A stretch of DNA of 43,215 nt, from the IMG/VR virus record IMGVR_UViG_3300032303_002980, positions 1-43,215 of that record. The stretch is one strand, 5' to 3'. The DNA comes from a virus. Lineage: Duplodnaviria; Caudoviricetes. The stretch's first letter is position 1. Every line of letters begins with the position of its first letter. This document shows positions 18,165 to 28,320 of this stretch, one piece after another. Under the pieces are notes generated by a model. The model was not told the origin of the DNA and searched no databases. It worked only from the letters and a program-made list of their open reading frames with translations. Position numbers and translations under genes: made by a program.

Positions 18165-19593
18165 TTATTATAAATCCATCTTTTCCTGTTTTATTTCCGC
18201 TGAGTAATTCTAGCCTAGTTTGCCCTTCGGTAATTTTAGCACACCAGCCCTTCATATGACAATTAATATAATCATTATCGTCTAAGCCACCTCCGTGGCG
18301 ACTAATCAATGGTAATAGTTTTCTGTTCCCTGCTTCTGTACCATCCTCTGCTATTTCTTCATCACTTTTTCTCTTAAATATTGTGAAGTTACTGCACAAC
18401 CATATAATTCTGTCTGAACCGCTTGCAGTATCCGTGCTTTCTTTTGTAATACCATCTCTATTTAATTGTACAAATGCGACCATAGGAATCTTATATTTTA
18501 TGGCAAAATTATGCAATTCTGACATCATGAATCCTAAAACCTGATATTCTTTCATATCTTGAGAGATACCGGCACTGTCCATGAGTTTAAGATAGTCATA
18601 AAATACAACACAGTCTTTTGCGGTTCCATCATCGTTAAGACCAACTTCTTTTATTATCCATCTACGCATAATAGCTAATTGTTCTTCAAAAGATTTTCCA
18701 GCTATACTTTTATGATATAATCTAGATGCTTTTAAATCAGTTATAGACTTGTCAATCTTTGCACTTAAATTTGGGCTATTAAAACAATGTCCTGTTTCTA
18801 TTTTAGATAATTCTATTTCTGTAGACATTGCTAATATTCTATGAACATGGTCCTCTCTAGTCATTTCTGTATCCATATTCAAAACTGGAATTTTTAGATT
18901 ATTGGCGATGTAATATCCCATGTTGTCAGAGAGCAATGTTTTCCCCACTTTTGGTCTTGCGGCAATAACATTGATTGTTCCCTTTCGCAAGCCTCCTCCT
19001 ATAGCCTTGTCGTAAACAGGAAACCCAGTAGGTATTCCTATCTGATCAACAGGATTAGATTTTAAATATTCAATATAATCATCAATATTATTAGCTATTG
19101 ATAGTGGATCATCTTCAGAAGATGAACCAGCTAAATTCGATGCAAAATTAAATATAGGCTCTTCGGCAACTCCTATAATAGAGGATATTGACTCATTACC
19201 ATTGATATCTAATAATTTATCTTGTATCTTGTCTAATTCTTTATGTAGAAGTCTAGCGATATCTAATTTTTTAATTTTTAAAGCAAATTTTCTAACATTA
19301 TTTGGCTCTACAGGAAAATCGAATACTGCCTTTAAATGTTGGCTCTCTTCTTTTTGCAATAAAACATGAGAAAGCTTCAGGTCTTCTGCAGAAGAATATA
19401 CTGAAGCAATATCTATGACTGGCTTTGATTCTTTATCTAAAATATTTTTTAAACATTTAAATATGATTTGATTACTGTCTATGGTAAAACAGTTTTCGTT
19501 TAAGATATCTGATATGTCTAAATATGCAGTTTCTCCATATTTTAGGATACCACTAAGAACTGCTCTTTCGGCTGAAGGATCACAAAGTATCAT
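18124..19593 (-). CDS. dnaB: Replicative DNA helicase
   Basis: AERAVL, GIPTGF...D...GGL, AARPKVGKT, DTEM, FYDYLKL, QLNR. Likely start is ATG 19593 (MILCDPSAE). Confidence 0.93.
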   Translation of the reverse strand: MILCDPSAERAVLSGILKYGETAYLDISDILNENCFTIDSNQIIFKCLKNILDKESKPVIDIASVYSSAEDLKLSHVLLQKEESQHLKAVFDFPVEPNNVRKFALKIKKLDIARLLHKELDKIQDKLLDINGNESISSIIGVAEEPIFNFASNLAGSSSEDDPLSIANNIDDYIEYLKSNPVDQIGIPTGFPVYDKAIGGGLRKGTINVIAARPKVGKTLLSDNMGYYIANNLKIPVLNMDTEMTREDHVHRILAMSTEIELSKIETGHCFNSPNLSAKIDKSITDLKASRLYHKSIAGKSFEEQLAIMRRWIIKEVGLNDDGTAKDCVVFYDYLKLMDSAGISQDMKEYQVLGFMMSELHNFAIKYKIPMVAFVQLNRDGITKESTDTASGSDRIIWLCSNFTIFKRKSDEEIAEDGTEAGNRKLLPLISRHGGGLDDNDYINCHMKGWCAKITEGQTRLELLSGNKTGKDGFIINDDQVQDEEIPFV

Positions 19594-19600
19594 ATTAATT

Positions 19601-20029
19601 TTAACCAGACTGGGTTGAACAATTGTTACATTTATATCTTGAAGGACTATCAAATACAAGAGAAGGGGCTACATTCTCTGTTTTTCCACATATTCTACAT
19701 GTTACATCTACAAATTCAAAATCTCTTAATCTAGCAACTGGAGGAGCTTTACACAGCTTCTTATCAAGTTCTGTATCTTCTTTATGCATAACGAACTCTG
19801 ACATTGATTCAAATTTATTGTTGCTTTGCTGAGTTGTTGGTTCGTTTTTGCTTCCTGACACCTTTTTTCTGGTGCGTGTTTTTATATTAGACTTGGGAGT
19901 GGCCGGGTCAACATTGGTCTTTTTTCTTTCTGGAGCATCTGGTATATCGTCACCAGAAGATGCGTTCTGAGAAGACACTAACATGCTTTGTAAAAGAGAA
20001 ATTAACTGCTTAACTTGTTCTGGATCCAT
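19601..20029 (-). CDS. Hypothetical protein with C-terminal zinc ribbon
   Basis: CRICG...YKCNNC. Confidence 0.65.
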   Translation of the reverse strand: MDPEQVKQLISLLQSMLVSSQNASSGDDIPDAPERKKTNVDPATPKSNIKTRTRKKVSGSKNEPTTQQSNNKFESMSEFVMHKEDTELDKKLCKAPPVARLRDFEFVDVTCRICGKTENVAPSLVFDSPSRYKCNNCSTQSG

Positions 20030-20516
20030 ATTGCACCTTAATTTTTTGTATAGAAAGTATTATATCAGACAAATTTTTGATACTATTAGCTATGTAAGAC
20101 AATCTGTCAACTCTTTGTTTTGCGTATTTTTTTATTGAATTCAACGAGTGTGCTTTGTCATTATGTTTAATTGCTTGTAGAGATTTTTCTATAAATCCGT
20201 AACCTTTATAGTTATTAATTTCATCAGCAATAGTTTCTTTAATTGATTCATCAGACCAATTCATTCTAGCAATTTCTCTATTTATAGATCTTTGTATATG
20301 AAAAGAAAATTGAGCTAAACGATAAGATATTTGAGCACAGTCCTCTGGTGAAAGTTTTTCTATTTCATCTCGGGACATTGTAAGATATTGATTTATCTCT
20401 GATTCTGCTACTCCATATTGAGACGAATATTTAGGTAAGGATAGCGATGTTTCATATTCATCAAGTATCGCATCCCAGTTATGTAATTCTTCTTTTGCTG
20501 TTTTATTTGTTGTCAT
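20010..20516 (-). CDS. Hypothetical coiled-coil protein (possible recombination mediator)
   Basis: Helical 168 aa ORF lying between recA and dnaB; function inferred from position only. Confidence 0.5.
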   Translation of the reverse strand: MTTNKTAKEELHNWDAILDEYETSLSLPKYSSQYGVAESEINQYLTMSRDEIEKLSPEDCAQISYRLAQFSFHIQRSINREIARMNWSDESIKETIADEINNYKGYGFIEKSLQAIKHNDKAHSLNSIKKYAKQRVDRLSYIANSIKNLSDIILSIQKIKVQYGSRTS

Positions 20517-20916
20517 ATAATATATGCGCTTTCCATTGTTCTGGTGTTTGATAATGAGGTAGTACTATATGAGATATTCCATTTTTTTCACACCATTCTT
20601 TTTTTTCTTGATCTCTTTTTTGTGCTTTAAGAAAATTCATTTTGTTCGAATGGTAAAATGATACAAATTTATAATGTTGTTCGCCATGAACTTCTATGGC
20701 TTTTTTTAATAATGGAAGATAAAAGTCTAAATATAATTTTTCTGATTTTCTTAAAGGTATCGACACTTCTTCTAGAATTTGAACAGTTGGAAAAAGATCG
20801 GATATAATCTGTCTGGCAGATAAATGAAATGACGATTTATCTTTAATTCTACCATTGGCTATATGACCAACTAAACTCCAATTAACTGCATTGCCATCAA
20901 GATCATGAACAATCAT
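20503..20916 (-). CDS. Vsr/DUF559-like endonuclease
   Basis: LYLDFYLP..KKAIEVHGEQHY...RDQEKKEWCEKNGI. Confidence 0.8.
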   Translation of the reverse strand: MIVHDLDGNAVNWSLVGHIANGRIKDKSSFHLSARQIISDLFPTVQILEEVSIPLRKSEKLYLDFYLPLLKKAIEVHGEQHYKFVSFYHSNKMNFLKAQKRDQEKKEWCEKNGISHIVLPHYQTPEQWKAHILYDNK

Positions 20917-21935
20917 TTGATGCCTAATACCTCTTTGACAGAGTGTTCTACTTTCTTATACGCTTCGATATTTTCTAATAAGAAATTCCTTACTTTCTCT
21001 GTTCCTTGAAATTTTGGCTTATCTTCTAGACAAGTTATAGTGTACCAAGCGCCTCCCTTGTAGATAACTCCTAGATCAGATGCTAAATTTACTAATTCTG
21101 TACATTTGTCAATTCCTTGTCCGTATCTGATATATGATGTTGTAACAGCACCCGGAGCACCCAAAGCAGAACAGATAACTTGCCATTCTATTTCCTGACC
21201 TATCTGAGTATTATCAGCACCAATAACCCATGGCTTAAATGTTTTAGCTCTTAGCTTAATATCTGTTTGATAAGCTATCGCCTGACCACTCTTTTCTTTA
21301 AATTCTGCACCATAACCTGTTGGATTACCCATTAAGTGAGTAATTCCAATAACTATATTTCTATTTACCGGAATTACATTAGCTACTTTACGACAAAATT
21401 TAGCTAATAGTTTTGCTCCGTCAGCCCTTTGCATTTTATCCATATCGCTAGTAATCTCTGCTTCAGTACATAATGCAGAATATGAGTCTATGATTAATAC
21501 GCATCCTGGCTCTTCGTTTATAATTCTTTCTCCAATTTGTAGATATTCTTCTGCATGTAATATCTTACCCTGTTGACTTCCTATAATATGAAATCGTGAT
21601 AGATTTAATCCAGGTATACCTTCTAAATCTCTTTTCTTTAATCTACCTTCAATATTTAGGTAGTACACTTGTCGCCCCTCTTTAAAAGAACCGTGAGCAT
21701 ACTCAGGTCTTTGGGCTGTTGCTGAAAAATCTAACGACGTTGTAGTTTTTCCACACTTTGGTTGTCCAGTTAAAACAACAAAACTCCCTTCTGGGATTCC
21801 TCCATTTAATGCAATATCCAAAGAGGGACACACTGGAATAGTTAAAATTTTCTTATCAAGCAAAGCATTGCCAGAGAGTATTATTTCATCTCCAAAATTT
21901 TTAATTACATCGTCTTTAAGACTCGTAGCCATCAT
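20913..21935 (-). CDS. recA: RecA/UvsX-family recombinase
   Basis: SLDIALNGGIPEG, GQPKCGKTT, LIIDSYSAL, SGQAIAY, YGQGID, KGGAWY, FQG. Confidence 0.93.
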   Translation of the reverse strand: MMATSLKDDVIKNFGDEIILSGNALLDKKILTIPVCPSLDIALNGGIPEGSFVVLTGQPKCGKTTTSLDFSATAQRPEYAHGSFKEGRQVYYLNIEGRLKKRDLEGIPGLNLSRFHIIGSQQGKILHAEEYLQIGERIINEEPGCVLIIDSYSALCTEAEITSDMDKMQRADGAKLLAKFCRKVANVIPVNRNIVIGITHLMGNPTGYGAEFKEKSGQAIAYQTDIKLRAKTFKPWVIGADNTQIGQEIEWQVICSALGAPGAVTTSYIRYGQGIDKCTELVNLASDLGVIYKGGAWYTITCLEDKPKFQGTEKVRNFLLENIEAYKKVEHSVKEVLGIK

Positions 21936-22335
21936 CTAATTCCTTTAATTTGGATATAATATTATTAGATCTTTTATGTTGTCTATATGTTTTATCATCT
22001 GATCTGTTGACAATAATCTCTGGTATATTCGTGTCTTCTTTAACAGAATCATACTGTTCTATAATAGCAATAAGGTGCGGAGCACGCAAAGAATAGATTT
22101 TTTCTGCCCTTTTATCGTTTAACGCCTTAATAACTGATTTAGGGTTATATTTTTTTAGTAGCTGGTTAGCTGTTGCAATTTGATTTCTATAATATTTTGC
22201 CCATTCTTTATTGATCCAAAATTTATAATGCAAATCTAGCTTATCTAATTTCGCTTTATGTTCACATATAAGTTCTGTTATATACTGGGCAGCAGATACA
22301 TCTTTACCATTAGAGTATCTAGATGGATACTTCAT
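21916..22335 (-). CDS. Hypothetical protein
   Basis: Intact ORF, translationally coupled to its neighbours. Confidence 0.6.
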   Translation of the reverse strand: MKYPSRYSNGKDVSAAQYITELICEHKAKLDKLDLHYKFWINKEWAKYYRNQIATANQLLKKYNPKSVIKALNDKRAEKIYSLRAPHLIAIIEQYDSVKEDTNIPEIIVNRSDDKTYRQHKRSNNIISKLKELDDGYES

Positions 22336-22640
22336 TTTTGTTTTGGCCTAAAGATTCCTTTTTGGTCTCTTGTTGGCGATACTTTATTACGAGCAGTATC
22401 AACTAACTCAGATGCTTCTTTTGTCATAATAGCAACAGAATTAATTTTCTTTCCTGCTGTGTGCGTTATCATTAAGTTTGTAGATTTAGAATCCAAAGCA
22501 CTCTGTTCATATTCGTCAAATATCTGCTGTATCTCTGAAGATGAAATTTTAATTTCTTTAGCAATATCTTCATTACTAAATCCAGTGTGCTTTAGCCATT
22601 GTGCTGCATATTTTTTTATATTACTAATTTTTGTCATCAT
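22332..22640 (-). CDS. Hypothetical protein with N-terminal HTH-like motif
   Basis: GFSNEDIAKEIKISSSEI. Confidence 0.55.
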   Translation of the reverse strand: MMTKISNIKKYAAQWLKHTGFSNEDIAKEIKISSSEIQQIFDEYEQSALDSKSTNLMITHTAGKKINSVAIMTKEASELVDTARNKVSPTRDQKGIFRPKQK

Positions 22641-23014
22641 ATCATCTCTCTTTCTGCTTGTATTAAAAATGACATATTCTGCGTGTTTAAAAATTTAACA
22701 TATAGATTAAATGCTATTTGATTAACATTCTTCATTTTGCATTCTGGACTAATAACATTATCTAATATACTATATGAGCGGTCTTCTAGGCCAAAACCTA
22801 AGGGATTATATAGTTTATGATTATTGTTTATTTTTATAGCATACTGAGTTCCATTTGAAGTTTGAGTCTTCTGAGCATGTACTTTTGAAGAAAATTCATT
22901 TGCTCTAGCAAAATTATTATCATCAACATAGTCTTGATCTTTGCTAGTACAATAGTATTCAATTATTGGCTCTAGTTGTTTTTTATCTGTTGGTTTAAAA
23001 ATAAAATTTTCCAT
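22637..23014 (-). CDS. Hypothetical protein (paralogue of 23712-24119)
   Basis: Shares M.NFIF.P.D, LYNP, VN...F..Y..FL.T.N.S.L..AERE with that ORF. Confidence 0.7.
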   Translation of the reverse strand: MENFIFKPTDKKQLEPIIEYYCTSKDQDYVDDNNFARANEFSSKVHAQKTQTSNGTQYAIKINNNHKLYNPLGFGLEDRSYSILDNVISPECKMKNVNQIAFNLYVKFLNTQNMSFLIQAEREMI

Positions 23015-23015
23015 A

Positions 23016-23375
23016 TTATTCCTTTTCTTGTGACTGTATCGACTGATTCATACATCCTTCTAGGAAATTAAAAAAACCTTGTAAATATACATGATGATCT
23101 TTATTTTCTGGAACTGGTATGTGATAATTTTTTTGACATATTTCTTTTGTTCCCACAGTTGATCCAGTAACATCTTGTTCTATAACATGTGCAGTGATTT
23201 GTATAAGTATTTCATGTCTACAATCAATTAGTTTATTATGCTCTGATTGAGAATATATTTGAGAAGCCAGAGACTCTGATCCAATTTGATATTGTTTTGA
23301 TACGGATTCTACTGCCTCTAATATTTTTTCTTTTTCTAAGTCTGAATATTCTTTTTCACTCATAATTACGTCCAC
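23016..23375 (-). CDS. Hypothetical protein
   Basis: Intact 119 aa ORF in the operon. Confidence 0.6.
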   Translation of the reverse strand: MDVIMSEKEYSDLEKEKILEAVESVSKQYQIGSESLASQIYSQSEHNKLIDCRHEILIQITAHVIEQDVTGSTVGTKEICQKNYHIPVPENKDHHVYLQGFFNFLEGCMNQSIQSQEKE

Positions 23376-23710
23376 TTTGTTTTTTTAGATTTTTTAATAC
23401 GACTCATTCCTGATGGTAATTTTGTTTGTGGCACCTCATCTTTATAATCATTGTGCTTATTATGAAGTGCAAGCTTATGATCATCGCTTAATTTATCACG
23501 ATTACGATTTGCTAAATCTCCTATTGTTTTTAACTCACTATCTGATTTTTTAACTGACAGATTTTGAGTTGCCACATCTTTAATATAAGACCTATGAGTG
23601 TCTTTAGAATAACACAATGAACATTCTGGATCACTAATATAGTCTTTAATGTAAAAAAATAATTCAAAATCTTTTTTACATGTATTGCAGAAATACGAGT
23701 AGGTTGGCAT
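23366..23710 (-). CDS. FmdB-family zinc-ribbon protein
   Basis: MPTYSYFCNTCKKDFE......PECSLC matches MP.Y.Y.C..C...FE...C..C. Confidence 0.8.
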   Translation of the reverse strand: MPTYSYFCNTCKKDFELFFYIKDYISDPECSLCYSKDTHRSYIKDVATQNLSVKKSDSELKTIGDLANRNRDKLSDDHKLALHNKHNDYKDEVPQTKLPSGMSRIKKSKKTKWT

Positions 23711-23711
23711 A

Positions 23712-24119
23712 TTATTTTAGTTCACGCTCAGCATCTTTTAACCAAGATATATTTTTTGTCTTAAGAAAAGTTAAATATTTATCGAACACTTGCTTATTAA
23801 CCTCTTTAAACATCCATTTTTCTTTACATATAGAATCTATAAAATTATATTGTCTTTTATCTTTTATCGGAGATAATCTATTTATAGGATTGTACAATTG
23901 AAGATTGGGAGATATTCTTAAAAAATAAGTACAATAATTTTGTGACGATACAATATTTTTACCTTTTTTGTTTTGTATGCTTTTAGCAACTATGTGATCA
24001 GAAGCAGAATCATTTAACCTAGGGCAGCCATCTTCATCTAAAAAATCTTGTTGCCCTATTAAACAATATAGGTGTTCTGTTGGTTCTTGATCTTTTGGAT
24101 TAAATATAAAATTAGACAT
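23712..24119 (-). CDS. Hypothetical protein (paralogue of 22637-23014)
   Basis: Same shared motifs as 22637-23014. Confidence 0.7.
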   Translation of the reverse strand: MSNFIFNPKDQEPTEHLYCLIGQQDFLDEDGCPRLNDSASDHIVAKSIQNKKGKNIVSSQNYCTYFLRISPNLQLYNPINRLSPIKDKRQYNFIDSICKEKWMFKEVNKQVFDKYLTFLKTKNISWLKDAERELK

Positions 24120-24714
24120 AATTAATATGAGATATAAATGGTTTCCATATTTCGTACGACGATCCCTGAGTTATATTAGATAGTTCCTGGTACCATGGCA
24201 AGTATGCGTAAGAATAATTCGGCTCGATTGGGATATTTATTAATGACATCCCAGCTTCTTTTGGTGTTCTGTTGCCCTTTTTATGATTACATGGTCTGCA
24301 TGCTGTAACAACATTATTCCAATTTGTAGATAATCTTTTATTCTCATTGAATCTACTTTTTGGAATTATATGATCATATGTTAATTGTGAGAAACATAAT
24401 TGAATACCACAATATTGACATGTATGATTATCTCTAATAAATAAATTATGTCTAGAAAAATTAATCTTTCTATTGTATAGGTTGAAGAATCTAAGTGTTT
24501 TTGCTACTGCCGGAACAGGATATTGTTTGCCGGCAGATCCTTGTATGTGTTTATCTTTGTAATATGATAATATTTCGATACCATAATTTTTACTATCTTC
24601 ATATCTAATAGACCAAACTATAGCCCTCTGCCAAGATATTATTCTCAGAGGGGAATAGTCGGCATTTAATAATAAACATTTACTATTTTCGGCTTTGCTG
24701 CTCATAGTCATCAA
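24112..24714 (-). CDS. HNH endonuclease (McrA-like)
   Basis: LLLNADYSPL..ISW.RA; SRHNLFIRDNHTCQYCG; TYDHIIPKS; NVVTACRPCNHKKG. Confidence 0.92.
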   Translation of the reverse strand: MMTMSSKAENSKCLLLNADYSPLRIISWQRAIVWSIRYEDSKNYGIEILSYYKDKHIQGSAGKQYPVPAVAKTLRFFNLYNRKINFSRHNLFIRDNHTCQYCGIQLCFSQLTYDHIIPKSRFNENKRLSTNWNNVVTACRPCNHKKGNRTPKEAGMSLINIPIEPNYSYAYLPWYQELSNITQGSSYEIWKPFISHINYV

Positions 24715-25414
24715 GTCTATATAGGATTTTAGAGATGATTGGATTTCTTACAATATCTGAGGCTTCTAATTTAGAATAACCTATACCTTCAACTCCATTA
24801 AGGGCTGATATCATATCGCTAAAACCGCCTTGTAAATGTCTGCTTAAATCAGACTGAGCAACGTCGCCAGTTAAAACCATTTTACTAGCTTGTCCTGTTC
24901 TTGTTATTAGCATTTTTAATTGTTCATATGACGCATTCTGGCACTCATCAGCAACAATAAAAGCGTTATGAAAATTACGACCTCTCATAAGTCCCAGTGG
25001 AACCACTTCAACTTTATTATTAAGTCTTAGTGAAGCATAATGTGCTGAGCTTATGAAGTGTACAATTTCATCTAGTATAGGTAATAGATAAGGATGTAAT
25101 TTTTCTTCTGCTGATCCTGGGAGATATCCCATTTTTTCTCCAGCCTCTAATATAGGTCTTGTGATAATAATCTTTTTTACTTTTTCATCTAAAAGATACT
25201 CAAGAGCCATTCCTATAGCGATGTGTGTTTTGCCACTACCGGCTAAGCCTTGACAAAATGTTATAGTATTTTCTGCAACAGTCCTTATGTATTCTTTTTG
25301 ATTTTCTGTTCTTGGTTTTAATCGATTTCTATAAGCGGCTCCTTTGGGTTCCAAACTATTTGTCGCATCAATAACCTTACTTTTTTTCTTTGAGTTTCTA
25401 TTAGTTTTTCTCAA
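24683..25414 (-). CDS. phoH: PhoH-family ATPase
   Basis: PRTENQ, GLAGSGKT, TRP..EAGE..GYLPG, MRGRNF, DECQN, GDVAQSDL, VRNP; TTG start. Confidence 0.95.
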   Translation of the reverse strand: MRKTNRNSKKKSKVIDATNSLEPKGAAYRNRLKPRTENQKEYIRTVAENTITFCQGLAGSGKTHIAIGMALEYLLDEKVKKIIITRPILEAGEKMGYLPGSAEEKLHPYLLPILDEIVHFISSAHYASLRLNNKVEVVPLGLMRGRNFHNAFIVADECQNASYEQLKMLITRTGQASKMVLTGDVAQSDLSRHLQGGFSDMISALNGVEGIGYSKLEASDIVRNPIISKILYRLDDYEQQSRK

Positions 25415-25462
25415 TGTGTGCCCTTTTCTTATATAAGGAGTATTAAAATACTATATTAATAA

Positions 25463-25468
25463 TACACC
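25463..25468 (-). promoter_or_regulatory. GGTGTA motif upstream of phoH (candidate phage promoter)
   Basis: Minus strand GGTGTATTATTAATATAG; the motif recurs in other intergenic gaps. Confidence 0.6.
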
Positions 25469-25496
25469 TTTATAAGAATAACGAGTAATATTGTTC

Positions 25497-27686
25497 TTAT
25501 AATAAACAGGCGCCACCAGCACAACTTATTTCCTCAATCCCGACAGTATTATCTTCATTTTCCAGAAGTTGTGTATAGTCTACTTTTTTAAATCCGTTAT
25601 ATAGATCGCAATAGATTTTCCAATTATAAACATCCTTCATACAATATGTTAGTCTCTTAAGGTCACTATCAAAATATTTACCAGCAAAATTTTTCATCTT
25701 GGTAATAAATAATAATTTATCTTGACTATCATTTTCTTTTGTCTGATTCATACTAGCATAATCACAAGCCGCCCATAGATTGTTATTAAAAGCATTCAAG
25801 CCCAATTGAATTAGTCCAGAGCACCACAATGCAGCATCTCCATATTCTTTAACTATTTCACGACTAGTATAAACTGTTGTGAATGGGGCTTGTGTATAGT
25901 CTTTATCTCCGCTCTGTGGAATTAAACTAATACCAGCAAAATATTTACGGTTATCATAAATATATTTAGTAACATCATCCCATTCGTCTGGCTTAACGGT
26001 TACGGTATTACTAACATTATGACTTAAATATTCTTGAGTACATAATGATCTGTTTTTTCCACTTTGAACCCAGTTTTTTTGAGTATCTTTAACAATAGAT
26101 AACATTTCTACAGCTGGTAATTGGTTCTTTAATTTAGCTCCGTCTGGAACCTCTATTGGAAACTTAATTACCTCATCCGTATTGTTTGCTGACCAACTGG
26201 ATTTTTCACAGGCTTGCGGGTTTAGTTTTTTAAAGTGTTGGTACGGTGCTTCTAAAATATTGGCCTGTACGTGTCTTATATAGCGTTTAGCATGATGTGG
26301 GTGGATACCCGAGCTTGTTCCAAGCATACTAGAGCTTGTGCCTTCTGGCTTTAGACAAGTTACTCTTGCTGCTTGGTTAATTTTGATCTTTTTTGATAGC
26401 TCTTTGTTTGTTTCGACTGCAATTTTAGCTCCGGCACGAAGAACCTTTTCTGAAAGAATAAGATCGTGTTTTTCCATTGTTCCAGTTAATGAAACTCCAA
26501 GCAGAGCTTCTCTTTCAAAAATTCTGCAAGTGATCTCTCCAAGATAATCTAGTTTAGTGAATCCAGCCTGTAGAGTTCCTATAATAGCAGCAGCCTTACA
26601 TCTTTCATAAAAATCATCTTCATCTTCAATTGATGAACAGTTGATAGTAGATAGATTACATCCTTGCCATCCACTCTTTCCAGTTTCTTCATCTACTGGC
26701 CACATTCCAACCTCTACGCAAGGATTAAATGTCATTTCTGTTGAGTCACTCCAAATAAATCCTGGTTCTCCGAATTCTTTAACACTTTCCATTAGTTCTT
26801 GAAATTCTTCAAGCGTTGTTTCATTTTTAAGTAGAAGTGCCGAATTATTACTTCGTGCTCTTTGTGGGTTGTCTATATACCAATTACCGGTTTTTGCTTT
26901 TGCCATTTCTTCATCATCAGGACTAAATAAAGCAAGACTAGCAGAGCGTCTGACTCCACCACTTAACACGGCATCGCTACTGTGCATAACAATATCATAA
27001 GCATCGATTGGTCTTAGTTTCTTTTGGCCATTAGAGATACAACGATCTAGTAGAGTTCTGATTTTTTCTAGTCCATTTTGTAGTGGCTCAAATCCAGGGG
27101 CCTTTCCTACGCCACTGGCTAATGATGATCCTTTAGGTCTAATATTTGAATAGTCAAAAACAACATAAGTATTTTTGTATATTTTGAATTCTTCAATTGG
27201 CTTACTAAAGTAAGAACTAAGAAGAACTCCAAGAGCATCTGCCCATCCTTCTATGCTATCTTCAATAACATATTTTGTTCCTTCATTGTTGTCGGGAATA
27301 TCATGTTCTAATGTTGGTAATTTTGCAACGTGGTGTTTTTGAACACTAAATCCTGTTCCGCTACCACATAATAGTAGCCAGAAACACTCTTGGAAAAATC
27401 GGAGTCGATCACAATATGAACTTGTGCAGTTGTATATCTTCGCATGTCTTTTGAGAATTGGTTCGCCACCGAACTGTAATGCTCTTTGGCTACCAAGAAT
27501 CTTCTTCTTATACATCATATCATATGCCCAATCGATATCTTCTTTGACATCAGGATACTGGGTATGCATCATATTTTTGACGCGATCAACAGCTTCCTTC
27601 CAAGTTTCTCTGCGATTCTTATCTTCTATCCAACGAGCATACTTACTAACAAATGTATAATTCTGAAGTTCTTGAAGTGCCGACAT
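25497..27686 (-). CDS. nrdJ: Class II (adenosylcobalamin-dependent) ribonucleotide reductase
   Basis: KYAR...RRETW.E.V.R, YNC, GSGTGFSV, GGVRRSA, FNPCVE, GCNL, TCLKPEGT, C-terminal CAGGAC; no beta subunit nearby. Confidence 0.92.
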   Translation of the reverse strand: MSALQELQNYTFVSKYARWIEDKNRRETWKEAVDRVKNMMHTQYPDVKEDIDWAYDMMYKKKILGSQRALQFGGEPILKRHAKIYNCTSSYCDRLRFFQECFWLLLCGSGTGFSVQKHHVAKLPTLEHDIPDNNEGTKYVIEDSIEGWADALGVLLSSYFSKPIEEFKIYKNTYVVFDYSNIRPKGSSLASGVGKAPGFEPLQNGLEKIRTLLDRCISNGQKKLRPIDAYDIVMHSSDAVLSGGVRRSASLALFSPDDEEMAKAKTGNWYIDNPQRARSNNSALLLKNETTLEEFQELMESVKEFGEPGFIWSDSTEMTFNPCVEVGMWPVDEETGKSGWQGCNLSTINCSSIEDEDDFYERCKAAAIIGTLQAGFTKLDYLGEITCRIFEREALLGVSLTGTMEKHDLILSEKVLRAGAKIAVETNKELSKKIKINQAARVTCLKPEGTSSSMLGTSSGIHPHHAKRYIRHVQANILEAPYQHFKKLNPQACEKSSWSANNTDEVIKFPIEVPDGAKLKNQLPAVEMLSIVKDTQKNWVQSGKNRSLCTQEYLSHNVSNTVTVKPDEWDDVTKYIYDNRKYFAGISLIPQSGDKDYTQAPFTTVYTSREIVKEYGDAALWCSGLIQLGLNAFNNNLWAACDYASMNQTKENDSQDKLLFITKMKNFAGKYFDSDLKRLTYCMKDVYNWKIYCDLYNGFKKVDYTQLLENEDNTVGIEEISCAGGACLL

Positions 27687-27687
27687 A

Positions 27688-27831
27688 CTATCTCCTATTT
27701 AAAATGGCAATGATACCTATAATGATTGCGGTTTGAAAAGAAAAATTTGTCATTAATAAATCTTCAGTATAAACTCTATTATAAAAATAACAAATTAAAC
27801 TGCCATAAAATATTATTATTGGTAAGTTCAT
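27688..27831 (-). CDS. Small 47 aa membrane protein missed by the ORF track (MNLPIIIFYGSLICYFYNRVYTEDLLMTNFSFQTAIIIGIIAILNRR)
   Basis: TAATG overlap with the dCMP deaminase stop; two hydrophobic segments; its 3' end supplies the AGGAG SD of nrdJ. Confidence 0.65.
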   Translation of the reverse strand: MNLPIIIFYGSLICYFYNRVYTEDLLMTNFSFQTAIIIGIIAILNRR

Positions 27832-28313
27832 TATACACCGGGTATTTGTCTCAGCCAATTGAAGTTTGGCTTAATGTATCTAATATTGATTTGACTCATT
27901 TTGACAAAAGAATCAAAGTGTTTTTGTGCTTTGTCATCAAATAAATGTGTACCATGATCATCCATCATGATAACTGTGGAGACGCCTTCTTGCCATAAGG
28001 CCATAATACAATCATTACAGCATTGGCCAGTAACATATGCTACTCCATTGTCCGGTCTAACAACACAATTACTTAATGCGTTTCTTTCTGCATGTATCAT
28101 CCACGGATATTTATCAGGACGAGTGGTTGGCAATAGATCATCGTCCAAGCCTCGTGCAAAACCATTATATCCAACACCCAGTATCCTATTATTTTGATCT
28201 GTAATTACACAACCATGTTGTGTTTGAGAATCGTGACTGCGTTGTGAAATGACTTTAGCAAGACCTAAGAAATAATCGTTCCATGATGGTCTAGCGAGGG
28301 GTGTTGTTTTCAT
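27831..28313 (-). CDS. dCMP deaminase
   Basis: RPSWNDYFL..A...SQRS.D..TQHGCVI, GYNG, HAERNAL, CCNDC. Confidence 0.92.
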   Translation of the reverse strand: MKTTPLARPSWNDYFLGLAKVISQRSHDSQTQHGCVITDQNNRILGVGYNGFARGLDDDLLPTTRPDKYPWMIHAERNALSNCVVRPDNGVAYVTGQCCNDCIMALWQEGVSTVIMMDDHGTHLFDDKAQKHFDSFVKMSQINIRYIKPNFNWLRQIPGV

Positions 28314-28320
28314 ATAGCAT

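Noticed and set aside
25471-25502. Inverted repeat after nrdJ as a terminator
   Set aside because: AT-rich stem with a mismatch and no U-tract on the coding strand; too weak to call.
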